Below, one piece after another: positions 39,113-48,770 of a DNA stretch of 64,000 nucleotides; positions within the stretch are counted from its first letter, which is position 1; each line of letters starts with the position of its first letter. The translations under genes and the position numbers were made by a program. The notes under the pieces were generated by a model, which saw only the letters and a list, made by a program, of their open reading frames with translations, did not search any database and was not told where the DNA came from. Source of the stretch: Nitrospirota bacterium (GTDB taxonomy: Bacteria > Nitrospirota > UBA9217); the NCBI GenBank assembly GCA_963818475.1, contig CAWFSF010000006.1:448001-512000 (forward strand), read 5' to 3'.

Positions 39113-39832
39113 TTGCCAAGGCTTTCTGTGAACGTTGACCATATTGCCACGCTGCGCCAGGCGCGGCGGGGAACGGAGCCGGATCCCGTGGCTGCGGCAG
39201 TGCTTGCCGATCTTGCCGGCGCCGAAGGGATCATCGTTCATCTGCGCGAGGACCGGCGGCATATCCAGGACCGCGATCTGCGGCTGCTGCGCCAGACCGT
39301 GCAGACCAAGCTCAACCTCGAGATGGCCGCCACGGACGAGATGCAGCGCATTGCGCTGGAGGTAAAGCCCGATATCACGACGCTGGTGCCGGAGAAGCGG
39401 GAAGAACTGACCACCGAGGGAGGCCTCGAGGTCGCATCCCGTATCGCTTTTTTTGCCGAGTATATCGGTCGCATCAAACAGGGCACTATCAGCGTCAGCC
39501 TTTTTGTGGACCCTGATGAGGGCCAGATCGCTGCATCAAAGAAAGCCGGCGCGGACTGGGTAGAGGTCCATACCGGCGCCTATGCGAATGCGAGGACCGA
39601 CCGGGACCGCGCGCGCGAGTTCGACAAGATCGTTGAGGCTGCGAAGCTCGCTGCGAGCCTGGGTTTGCGCGTGGGTGCGGGACACGGCCTCAACTATGTG
39701 AACGTGAAGCCAATCGCCCGGATTCCCGAAGTTGAGGAACTGAACATCGGTCACAGCATCATTTCGCGCGCGTCGCTGGTAGGGCTTGAGCGCGCGGTCC
39801 GGGAGATGATCGCTCTCATAAGAGCCAAATAA
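39113..39832 (+). CDS. pdxJ: pyridoxine 5'-phosphate synthase
   Basis: [48 protein letters not shown]; TTG start after GAGGAGG. Confidence 0.97.
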   Translation: MPRLSVNVDHIATLRQARRGTEPDPVAAAVLADLAGAEGIIVHLREDRRHIQDRDLRLLRQTVQTKLNLEMAATDEMQRIALEVKPDITTLVPEKREELTTEGGLEVASRIAFFAEYIGRIKQGTISVSLFVDPDEGQIAASKKAGADWVEVHTGAYANARTDRDRAREFDKIVEAAKLAASLGLRVGAGHGLNYVNVKPIARIPEVEELNIGHSIISRASLVGLERAVREMIALIRAK

Positions 39833-39950
39833 CAAGCACCAAGCACCAAACAACAAATGAATTCCAAGCAGCAAATTCTAAAACGTTGGGGATATTATTG
39901 ATTTGAAAATTGGAGCTTATTTGGAATTTGTTTTTTGAAATTTGAGTTTT
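39827..39950. repeat. inverted heptamer-repeat element
   Basis: left aagcacc aagcacc aaacaac aaat; right atttgga atttgtt ttttgaa atttgag. Confidence 0.6.
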
Positions 39951-39970
39951 GCTTTCACCGTGGGGGGGAC

Positions 39971-40375
39971 ATGATCGTTGGAATCGGGGTAGATCTCGTT
40001 AAGATCGATCGCATTGACAAGGCGGGGAAAAACCACCCCGGTTTTTTGGAGCGGGTTTTCACCGACCGTGAACAGGAGTACTGCTCGAAGCAGAAATTCC
40101 CGGCCCAGCATTATGCCGGCAGGTTTGCGGCCAAGGAAGCGGTGCTCAAGGCCATCGGCACCGGCTGGAGCGCGGGCGTGAAATGGACCGATATGGAAGT
40201 GCTCCACGGCGAGGGCGGCGGCCCCATTGTCAACATCGCCGGTCGGGTCAAGGACCTGATGGACCTCAAGGGCGTGAAGCAGATATTTCTCAGCTATTCT
40301 CACGACGAAGGATATGCAGTGGCGCAGGTGGTGCTCGTCGGGAGTGTCGGACATTCACAAGGCGAGCGCAACTAG
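39971..40375 (+). CDS. acpS: holo-ACP synthase
   Basis: IVGIGVDLV, FT..E, AGRFAAKEAVLKA.GTG, S.SHD. Confidence 0.95.
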   Translation: MIVGIGVDLVKIDRIDKAGKNHPGFLERVFTDREQEYCSKQKFPAQHYAGRFAAKEAVLKAIGTGWSAGVKWTDMEVLHGEGGGPIVNIAGRVKDLMDLKGVKQIFLSYSHDEGYAVAQVVLVGSVGHSQGERN

Positions 40376-40418
40376 CAGCAACAATGTTTACTCGGCCATC
40401 AACGGATACTGGAAAATC

Positions 40419-41978
40419 ATGAAGATCGTCACCGCACAACAGATCAGGAACATTGACCGCAGGGCGATCAAAGACTTCGGCATCTCGGGGCCGGTCCTGA
40501 TGGAGAACGCAGCAGCCGGGGTCATGGCCGAAATGGAGCGTTTCTTCGACGGCCTGGCAGGCATGCGCGTGGGCATCATCTGCGGCAAGGGCAATAACGG
40601 CGGCGACGGCCTGTCGCTGGCCCGCCGGCTCAGCATCCGCGGCATCGCTGTGCGCGTCGTGCTGCTCGCGTCCTTCGGCGCCCTGAAAGGTGAGGCCAAG
40701 GCCAATCTTTTCACGCTGCGCAAGATGGACGTTGAGATCGCGCAGAACGCATCGGTCAGGGTCATTGCCGATGTGGTGGCATGGTCCGATATCGTTGTCG
40801 ATGCCATGCTCGGCGTGGGGCTTTCGAGCCCGCTTAAGGGTGCCTATGCCTTTGCCGCGGAACTGATGAACGCGTCCGGCAAGCCCGTGGTCGCAATCGA
40901 TATCCCCACCGGCATCAATGCTGATACAGGCGAGGTCATGGACACAGCGGTCAGTGCCGACCTGACAGTCACGATGGCGGCGCTCAAACGCGGACTGGTA
41001 GTATATCCCGGCGCAAACTATGCCGGCGAGGTCCGGGTTGTGGATATCGGCATTCCAACTGAGGCCATTGATAAGGAGAAGATCACCGCCGGCTTCCTGA
41101 CCTCGGGAGCAGCAGGCGGGCTTCTTCACCAGAGAGACCGTGATGCGCACAAGGGCGCTTTCGGCCATCTTCTGGTCGTAGCCGGATCGCCGGGCAAGAC
41201 CGGCGCAGCCATCATGGCGGCGCGCGGCGCGCTCAGGGCCGGAGCAGGGCTGGTCAGCGTGGCAACGCCGCACAGCCTTGTGCCGATCGTCCAGTCCCAG
41301 ATCGTCGAGTCCATGTGCGTTCCCTCGGCAGAGAGCATTGAAGGCACGCTCGGGATCGGGTCTGATGTGGAACTGCTCAAAGGCGCGGGCAGCATGAACG
41401 CCTGCATCATCGGCCCCGGCCTTTCGACCCATTATGAAACAATTCAGGTCGTACGGAACCTTATTCAACGACTGACGATACCCATGGTCGTCGACGCCGA
41501 TGGAGTGAACGCTCTTGTCGGCTCCCTGGACGTGCTGAAGAAGGTGAAGGCGCCGGTCGTCATGACGCCTCATCCCGGCGAGATGGCCAGGCTCCTTGGC
41601 AGCTCAACCAGCGACGTCCAAAAGGACCGGATCGGTTGTGCAACCGCTTTCGCGGTGAAATATAAGGTAACGCTGGTGCTCAAGGGTGCGGGTACGGTAA
41701 TCGCGACCCCGGACGGCAGGGTGTTCATCAATTCCACGGGCAATCCCGGCATGGCCACCGGCGGCACGGGCGATGTGCTTACCGGGATGATCGGCAGCCT
41801 CCTTGCGCAGGGATATACCGCTTCCCAGGCAGCCTGTCTTGGTGTGTATCTGCACGGTCTTGCCGGCGATCTGGCTGCAAAAGAAAATGGCGAAATGGGC
41901 ATGATCGCCGGGGACCTGATCGAGAAAATACCGGCTGCTATACATACAACCATGCATGTGAACGAAGTGAATAAATGA
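40419..41978 (+). CDS. nnr: bifunctional NAD(P)HX epimerase/dehydratase
   Basis: LMENAA, CGKGNNGGDG, DIPTG, HKG.FG, IGPGL, DADG, TPHPGE, ATGGTGDVL. Confidence 0.95.
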   Translation: MKIVTAQQIRNIDRRAIKDFGISGPVLMENAAAGVMAEMERFFDGLAGMRVGIICGKGNNGGDGLSLARRLSIRGIAVRVVLLASFGALKGEAKANLFTLRKMDVEIAQNASVRVIADVVAWSDIVVDAMLGVGLSSPLKGAYAFAAELMNASGKPVVAIDIPTGINADTGEVMDTAVSADLTVTMAALKRGLVVYPGANYAGEVRVVDIGIPTEAIDKEKITAGFLTSGAAGGLLHQRDRDAHKGAFGHLLVVAGSPGKTGAAIMAARGALRAGAGLVSVATPHSLVPIVQSQIVESMCVPSAESIEGTLGIGSDVELLKGAGSMNACIIGPGLSTHYETIQVVRNLIQRLTIPMVVDADGVNALVGSLDVLKKVKAPVVMTPHPGEMARLLGSSTSDVQKDRIGCATAFAVKYKVTLVLKGAGTVIATPDGRVFINSTGNPGMATGGTGDVLTGMIGSLLAQGYTASQAACLGVYLHGLAGDLAAKENGEMGMIAGDLIEKIPAAIHTTMHVNEVNK

Positions 41979-41988
41979 AGAGGAATAA

Positions 41989-42062
41989 AACCGCTAATGA
42001 ACACTAATGAACACGAATTAAGAAGTAAAAATATTAGCGTATATTCGCGTTTATTCGCGGTT
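41989..42062. repeat. element bounded by inverted arrays of 10-bp repeats
   Basis: aaccgctaatgaa cactaatgaa cacgaat ... attagcgtat attcgcgttt attcgcggtt. Confidence 0.7.
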
Positions 42063-42124
42063 GATAAAGCCTTATTTTGTTAAATCCGCATCATCCCAAA
42101 AATAAAATAAGAGGTGAAGACGCT

Positions 42125-42583
42125 ATGCTGACCGCAAAAGACATTATGACCAGGGATGTTGTCACTGTCAAACCCGAAACCTCCATCGAAGAACTGGCGT
42201 CCCTGCTGGTCAAGCACCAGATCAGCGGCGTGCCGGTGGTGGACGATAAGGGCGATCTGTACGGAATCGTGACCGAGAACGACCTCATCAGCCAGAATAA
42301 ACGGCTCCACATTCCGACCGTGGTCAGTTTTCTCGACGCAGCCATTTATCTCGAAAGTTCGAAGAAGTTCGAACAGGAAGTGAAGCGCATAACCGCCACC
42401 AAGGCCGGGGATATCTGCGCGCGCAAGGTCCTGACCGTCACCGAAGACACGACGCTCGTGGACATTGCGACGATCATGGACGAGAAAAAGACCCATCTGC
42501 TGCCGGTGGTCAAGAACGGCAAGATGGTCGGCATTGTGGGCAAGCGCGACGTGGTCAAGGCTGTGGCACGGCAGGCCGAGTAA
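42125..42583 (+). CDS. CBS domain pair protein
   Basis: AKDIMT..V.TV, ISGVPVVD, GIVTE.DL, LPVV...MVGIV. Confidence 0.92.
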   Translation: MLTAKDIMTRDVVTVKPETSIEELASLLVKHQISGVPVVDDKGDLYGIVTENDLISQNKRLHIPTVVSFLDAAIYLESSKKFEQEVKRITATKAGDICARKVLTVTEDTTLVDIATIMDEKKTHLLPVVKNGKMVGIVGKRDVVKAVARQAE

Positions 42584-43065
42584 TGTTCAGCGTGATCACG
42601 ACAAGTCCGGAGCAGACCTGGCATATCGGCCAGATGCTCGGAGCGCGGCTTGCCGCGGGCGACACGGTCTGTTTGTACGGCGACCTTGGCGCGGGAAAAA
42701 CGAGCTTTTCCTACGGGATAGCTTTGGGGCTCGAAGTGAAGGAACAGTACATCACGAGCCCTACCTTCACCTTTGTGAACGAGTACGAGGGGCGCGTTCC
42801 CTTCTATCATATCGATCTCTACCGTTTACATGATCCCGGGGAGCTGGAAAGCATCGGGTTCGAGGAATATATCGATTCCGATGGTGTGACGGTAATTGAG
42901 TGGGCGGAACGGGCGGAAAACGAGCTTCCGGCCGAGTGCTTCAGCGTATATCTTACTTCGGTGGATGAGAACAGCCGCGAGATCGGGTTCCTGGTCGAGG
43001 GTGAACGGTACGAGAAGCTGCTGGCGGATTTGCAGGCGGACTTGAAAAAGGACCGGATACTGTAA
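42583..43065 (+). CDS. tsaE: t6A biosynthesis ATPase TsaE
   Basis: GDLGAGKT, SPTF, H.DLYRL, IEWAE. Confidence 0.95.
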   Translation: MFSVITTSPEQTWHIGQMLGARLAAGDTVCLYGDLGAGKTSFSYGIALGLEVKEQYITSPTFTFVNEYEGRVPFYHIDLYRLHDPGELESIGFEEYIDSDGVTVIEWAERAENELPAECFSVYLTSVDENSREIGFLVEGERYEKLLADLQADLKKDRIL

Positions 43066-43105
43066 CGGCATCAGGCCTGTCGTCCGGATCGGATAGCGAA
43101 GGACC

Positions 43106-43957
43106 ATGAAAAAAATCGGCATCATCGCAAAGAACATCCCTGAAGCGCAGAAGGCCGCCAAAAAACTGGCCCTCTGGCTTGAGTCGCACGGCAAGAAGGT
43201 CTTCATCGACAACGATACCGCTGCGGCCATCAGGATGGACGGTTACGACCGGGAATCGATCCCCTCGCTCGTTGAAATGCTGATCGTGCTCGGCGGGGAC
43301 GGGACGCTCCTGTCCGCTTCGCGGCTCGTCGCTGACGCGCATCGCGATGTGCCGATCTTCGGCGTCAATCTCGGCAGCCTGGGGTTCATGGCAGAAGTAT
43401 CGCTGGATGAACTGTACGATAACCTCGAAAAGGCCATTGCGGGAAAGCTCGCGACCGAGGACCGGATCATGCTCACGGCGAGCGTGCTCCGCGACGGCAA
43501 GCGCCTGTCCCGGTACCGCGTGCTGAACGATGCGGTGATCAACAAGGGCGCGTTGGCGCGCATGATGGAGCTCAGGGTATCGGTGGATGATGGTCACCTG
43601 ACCACGCTCAGGGCTGACGGGCTGATCATTGCCACGCCTACGGGCTCCACCGCATATTCCCTGTCAGCCGGCGGTCCCATCATACACCCCACGCTTCACT
43701 GTTTTGTCGTGACCCCCATTTGTCCCCATACGCTCTCGAACCGGCCTATTGCCCTACCGGACAATGTCGTGGTCACGGTCTGCCTCACCTCGCAGAGTGA
43801 AGACGTCCTGCTCACACTTGACGGCCAGATCGGGTTCCCGCTGATGCCGAACGACGTGGTTGAGATCAAAAAATCGCGCTTCAAGATGAAGCTGATCAAG
43901 CACCCCACAAAAAGTTATTATGAGATCCTGCGGACGAAACTGAAGTGGGGGAATTAG
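43106..43957 (+). CDS. nadK: NAD kinase
   Basis: GGDGT, G.N.GSLGF, LND, TPTGSTAYSLSAGGPI, L.TKL.WG. Confidence 0.95.
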   Translation: MKKIGIIAKNIPEAQKAAKKLALWLESHGKKVFIDNDTAAAIRMDGYDRESIPSLVEMLIVLGGDGTLLSASRLVADAHRDVPIFGVNLGSLGFMAEVSLDELYDNLEKAIAGKLATEDRIMLTASVLRDGKRLSRYRVLNDAVINKGALARMMELRVSVDDGHLTTLRADGLIIATPTGSTAYSLSAGGPIIHPTLHCFVVTPICPHTLSNRPIALPDNVVVTVCLTSQSEDVLLTLDGQIGFPLMPNDVVEIKKSRFKMKLIKHPTKSYYEILRTKLKWGN

Positions 43958-43986
43958 GAGCAGTTCGGAGTTGGGAGTTCGGAGTT
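43958..43986. repeat. heptamer tandem repeat (GGAGTTC-like)
   Basis: gcagttc ggagttg ggagttc ggagtt. Confidence 0.6.
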
Positions 43987-44021
43987 ATAAATACAGCAGC
44001 TAAAAGCACGGGGCATCTTCT

Positions 44022-44813
44022 GTGAATGAGATACAGCAGGAACTTCTGGAAATAGTATCACAAGTCCGGACTCATCTTGAGTACCAGAGGGCGCTGGGGG
44101 TAACTGTTGTTGAATCGCCTGCTATGCCTGTATCTGCTGCAACGGTCGCTCCGCAGTCGGTGATAAAACCCATAAAAGCCTCAGAACCCGTGCCGCAGAA
44201 ACCTGAGAAAAAAGAGGCCGTTGTAATAGCACGGTCTCCCCATTCCTTGTCAGGCGCGCTCGCAACGGTTCGCGAAGAACTTGATCAGTGTACCCGGTGC
44301 AAGCTCAGCAAGGGCAGAAATACCATTGTCTTCGGCGAGGGAAGTCCCGAGGCAAGACTTGTCTTTATCGGCGAGGGGCCGGGGCAGGAAGAGGACCAGC
44401 AGGGGAGGCCCTTTGTCGGGGCCGCAGGCCAGCTGCTGACGGACATCATTGTCAAGGGCATGCAGCTGAAACGCGAGGATGTGTACATCTGCAATATCGT
44501 GAAGTGCCGGCCGCCGGGGAACCGGAATCCCGAGCCCGACGAGATCGAGGCCTGCGAACCTTTTCTGATCAAGCAGTTGCAGGCGATAAAACCGCAGTGC
44601 ATTGTCGCGCTCGGCAATGTGGCCGTCAAAACACTGCTCAAGACCAAAGCGGGGATCACCTCGCTGCGCGGCACGTGGCAGGCCTATCAGGGGATCCCGC
44701 TCATGCCTACCTTCCACCCGGCATATTTGCTCAGGACCCCGGGGGATAAAAAGCTTGTCTGGGAAGATATTAAAAAGGTCATGGCCGAGCTGGAAAAGAT
44801 CAGGAAAGGGTAG
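44022..44813 (+). CDS. family 4 uracil-DNA glycosylase
   Basis: CTRCKL, GEGPG..ED..GRPFVG.AG, N.VKCRPP.NR.P, TFHPAYLL. Confidence 0.93.
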   Translation: MNEIQQELLEIVSQVRTHLEYQRALGVTVVESPAMPVSAATVAPQSVIKPIKASEPVPQKPEKKEAVVIARSPHSLSGALATVREELDQCTRCKLSKGRNTIVFGEGSPEARLVFIGEGPGQEEDQQGRPFVGAAGQLLTDIIVKGMQLKREDVYICNIVKCRPPGNRNPEPDEIEACEPFLIKQLQAIKPQCIVALGNVAVKTLLKTKAGITSLRGTWQAYQGIPLMPTFHPAYLLRTPGDKKLVWEDIKKVMAELEKIRKG

Positions 44814-44817
44814 AGGC

Positions 44818-44886
44818 AGGGGCCAGGGTTCAGGGTTCAGTATCACTTCCCCTGCCTCTGAGTTCTGACTTCTGGCTACTGAATTT
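44818..44886. repeat. inverted heptamer-repeat element
   Basis: ggggcca gggttca gggttca ... ctgagtt ctgactt ctggcta ctgaatt. Confidence 0.6.
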
Positions 44887-45381
44887 ATGGACAGACTTTG
44901 GACTCCTTGGCGCATGAGGTACATCTTGAACAGCGTTAAAAAACAAACCGGATGCATCTTGTGCGAAGAGGCAAAAAAGAACGATGACCGCAAGAATTAC
45001 ATCCTCTACCGCGGCACGCATTCTTTCGTGATCATGAACCTCTACCCTTATAACAACGGCCATCTTCTCATTGTGCCCAATACCCATGAGTCCGATATCG
45101 ACAAGCTTCCGGCGGACGAACTTGCCGACCTTATGAAGGTGACGCAGGCATCGGTTACTATTCTCAAGCAGGCCATGAAACCCGAAGGGTTCAACATCGG
45201 GATCAACATCGGGAAAACAGCCGGAGCGGGCATTCCCGAACATCTGCATATCCAGATCGTGCCGCGCTGGGCCGGCGATACGAGCTACCTCACGGTGTTT
45301 GATGAGACTCGTGTCATGCCGCAACTGCTTGAGGGGACCTATGCGCAGTTGCGGCCGTATTTTGAAAGGCTCAGCCTCTAG
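44887..45381 (+). CDS. HIT-family nucleotide hydrolase/phosphorylase
   Basis: LWTPWR..YI, CILC, NLYPYNNGHL, GFNIGINIG..AGAG, HLHIQIVPRW. Confidence 0.9.
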   Translation: MDRLWTPWRMRYILNSVKKQTGCILCEEAKKNDDRKNYILYRGTHSFVIMNLYPYNNGHLLIVPNTHESDIDKLPADELADLMKVTQASVTILKQAMKPEGFNIGINIGKTAGAGIPEHLHIQIVPRWAGDTSYLTVFDETRVMPQLLEGTYAQLRPYFERLSL

Positions 45382-45399
45382 GCTCCCGCACTTCAAACC

Positions 45400-48077
45400 A
45401 TGACCGATCTGACCCCCTTAATGAAACAATACCGCGAGATCAAGCGCCAGCATCTGGACGCGATCCTGCTGTTCCGCATGGGCGATTTCTATGAGATGTT
45501 CGACCAGGACGCGGTGACCGCTTCCAAGGTCCTGGAGATCACGCTGACGGCGCGGAACAAGTCCAAAGGCATCGAGACGCCGCTCTGCGGATTTCCCTAT
45601 CACGCGGTGGACGGGTATATCGCAAAGCTTATCCGCCGCGGCTTCAAGGTCGCGGTATGCGAGCAGGTGGAGGACCCGAAGCTCGCCAAGGGGATCGTGA
45701 AGCGCGAAGTGATCAGGGTCGTGACGCCCGGAACGGTGCTTGACTCCAACCTGCTCGATGCCAAGGACAATAATTATCTCGCCTCCCTCTATCCCGCGAA
45801 GAACGGGTTCGGCCTTTCGTTCCTCGATATCTCGACCGGTGATTTTTCCGTCGCCGAAATAGACGGAGCCGAGAATCTTGCGGAGCTGGATACCATGCTT
45901 GCCCGGTTCACCCCCCGCGAGATCGTGCTGCCGCGGGCTTACCAGCCCGACTCCGGGGCTTTCAGGCCTGCTCCGCCAGTATACGCAGGCGATCAACGGC
46001 TACGATGACTGGACCTTTGACTACGAGACCGCGTACCGTGCGCTTTTGGACCACTTCAAGGTCGCCTCGCTCGAAGGATTCGGCTGCAGCGGTATGAAGG
46101 CCGGCATCTGTGCGGCCGGCGCCGCGCTCCGCTATATCGAAGAAACGCAGAAGACCGGCCTGGCGAACATCCGCAGGATGAAACCCTTCAGGACCAAAGA
46201 ACATATGGTCATCGATGCGTCCTGCCAGCGGAACCTGGAGCTGGTCAGAAATATCTACGACGGTTCCGCCCGGGGAACGCTCCTTTCCGTGCTCGACCTC
46301 ACGGTCACGTCCATGGGCGGCAGAAAACTGCGCGAATGGCTCCTGAACCCGCTCATGGATGCGGGAGAGATCGAACGGCGCCTCGACGCCGTGGCGGAGT
46401 TCAAGAACGACCATCAATTCCGCTCGGACCTGAGGACCGCTCTTGGCACGGTCTACGATCTGGAGCGTCTGATCAGCCGTGTTTCGCTTGGCGCTGCGAA
46501 CGCCCGCGATCTGCTTGCGCTGAAACAGTCATTTACCTCGCTGCCGGAAATCCATAAGCTCCTGGCACGATGCAATTCCCGCCTGATCTATGATATGGCC
46601 GAAGACTGGGACGACCTGGATGAAGTCCGCCAGGTGATCGAAAGCGCCATCCACGATGACCCTCCCTATACTCTGCGCGAAGGCAGGCTGATCAAAAAAG
46701 GCCACAGCAAGGAGCTTGACGAACTTCGCTCCATCAGCTCGGAAGGCAAGGGCTGGATCGCCGGCATCGAACTGCGCGAACGGGAGCGCACCGGCATCAG
46801 CTCGCTCAAGGTGAGCTACAACCGGGTCTTCGGGTATTACATCGAAGTGACCAGGACCAACCTCGCGAACGTGCCGCAGGATTTTATCCGCAAACAGACG
46901 CTGGCGAACGCGGAACGGTTCATCACGCCCGAGCTCAAGGAATACGAGGAAAAGGTGCTCGGCGCCGAGGAAAAGATCCTCGACCTGGAGTACCGCCTGT
47001 TCCAGCAGGTGCGGGAAGCGGTGGCTGCTTCGACCGTCAGGATCCAGGACATGGCGCGGCGGCTCGCGATCCTGGACTGCCTTGTTTCGCTTGCTGAAAC
47101 AGCGGCAAAGAACAATTATGCGCGACCGTCGATCATCGACGGCGATATCCTGAAGATCACCGAAGGCAGGCACCCGGTGGTCGAGCTGCTCACGCCGGAA
47201 GAGCGGTTCATCCCGAACGACACACTCCTGGACTGCGAAGAGAACCAGCTCGTCGATCCTTACCGGTCCGAACATGGCAGGCAAATCCACCTACATGCGG
47301 CAGGTGGCGGTGATCACGCTCATGGCCCAGATGGGCAGTTTCGTGCCCGCCCGGGAAGCGCAGATCGGCATCGCGGACCGGGTCTTTACGCGCGTCGGGG
47401 CTTCGGACTTCATCACCCGCGGCCAGAGCACCTTCATGGTCGAGATGAACGAGACCGCCAATATCCTGAACAATGCCACGGATAGAAGCCTCATTATTCT
47501 CGACGAGATCGGTCGAGGAACGAGCACCTTTGACGGCATCAGCATCGCCTGGGCAGTGGCCGAGCATATTCATACGAAGATACGGGCTCGGACGCTCTTT
47601 GCCACGCATTACCATGAACTGACCGAATTGGCGCTCACCATGGACCGGGTGAAGAACTATACGGTCGCCATCAAGGAATGGAACGACCAGATCATCTTTC
47701 TGCGCAAAGTGGTCGAGGGCGGGGCTGACAAATCCTACGGCATCCAGGTCGCCCGGCTTGCCGGTCTTCCGCAGGCCGTGATCCAGCGCGCCAAGGAAGT
47801 GCTGGCCAACCTGGAAAAGGCAGAGTTCAATGAACTCGGCGAGCCGGTTGTGGCATCGCACGATAATGCAGGATACGGAGCTGGTCCTAAGAATGCCGGG
47901 CGGGTTTCGAAAAAAGGAATTTCCTCTCAAGGACCGGAGCCGCAACTGGGGCTGTTCGCCAGTGAGGCGGGGCTGCTTTTTAAAGAGATCGCCGATCTGA
48001 ACCTCGACAGCATGACCCCGCTGGATGCCATGAACAAACTGCATGAGCTCAAGAAAAAAGTGGACGGTGGGGCTTGA
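45400..48077 (+). CDS. mutS: mismatch repair protein MutS, split by two +1 frameshifts (~45947, ~47254)
   Basis: [34 protein letters not shown] across the second shift, [33 protein letters not shown]. Confidence 0.93.
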
Positions 48078-48139
48078 TGCCGGGTGGAATGAACACTCAG
48101 CCGGCCATGCCCTGGTCCCTGCCTGCGGCGCAATTCTTG

Positions 48140-48169
48140 TTGACACCCTGCCCTGCTTTCTGGTAGTAT
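48140..48169 (+). promoter_or_regulatory. sigma-70-type promoter of rplI-dnaB
   Basis: TTGACA-18 nt-TAGTAT with extended TG. Confidence 0.6.
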
Positions 48170-48208
48170 CGTGCCACCATTTAACCGTTCGAAAGGAGTT
48201 GTATCTCA

Positions 48209-48655
48209 ATGCAGGTAATTTTAAGGGAAGATATTGATAAATTAGGAAAGATCGGCGATCTCGTTAAGGTGGCTGACGGTTATGCCAGGAACTTCCTGGT
48301 GCCCGGGAAAAAGGCCATTGAAGCAACACCTAAGAACCTCAATGCCATGAACCATGCGAAGAAGATGGTTTCCGACCGTCTTCGGAAGCTGAAAAAGGAA
48401 GCAGCAGCGGATGCCGACCGGATCAAGAGCCTCTCGATAACGATCAAGGCGAAGGTCGGAGAGGAAGGCAAGCTCTTCGGGTCCGTTACCTCCATGGACA
48501 TTGTTGAGGCCATGAAGGCCCAGGGCGTCGTGATCGACAAGCGGAAGCTCGTGCTCGATGAGCCGATCAAGCGGCTGGGCGACTTTACGATCACCGTCAA
48601 ATTGCACTCCGACGTCACTGCTGATTTCAAAGTGTCGGTCATTGGAGAAGAGTAA
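48209..48655 (+). CDS. rplI: 50S ribosomal protein L9
   Basis: MQVIL.EDI..LG..GD.VKVADGYARNFL, GKLFGSVT. Confidence 0.97.
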   Translation: MQVILREDIDKLGKIGDLVKVADGYARNFLVPGKKAIEATPKNLNAMNHAKKMVSDRLRKLKKEAAADADRIKSLSITIKAKVGEEGKLFGSVTSMDIVEAMKAQGVVIDKRKLVLDEPIKRLGDFTITVKLHSDVTADFKVSVIGEE

Positions 48656-48770
48656 TACTCCAGCTTCCTCTGATCTCTGATCGATGTCCTAGAAGCACAT
48701 TATCGAAGGCTGGTGCATGCACCAGCCTTCGTTATTTCTCTTTCTTTGCTCCGCTCGTTGAGGTCGACCC

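Noticed and set aside
38918-39262. 114-aa minus-strand ORF ending LAYA-stop, resembling a tmRNA tag
   Set aside because: Overlaps pdxJ antisense, and there is no tRNA-like domain or CCA end, so neither a CDS nor tmRNA is supported.
37687-44886. Short repeat arrays as CRISPR
   Set aside because: Units are 7-10 bp, degenerate and contiguous, with no spacers and no cas genes.
45400-48077. mutS as a true pseudogene or programmed frameshift
   Set aside because: No slippery heptamer at either break, all motifs are intact, and similar indels occur in essential dnaB; sequencing error is more parsimonious.
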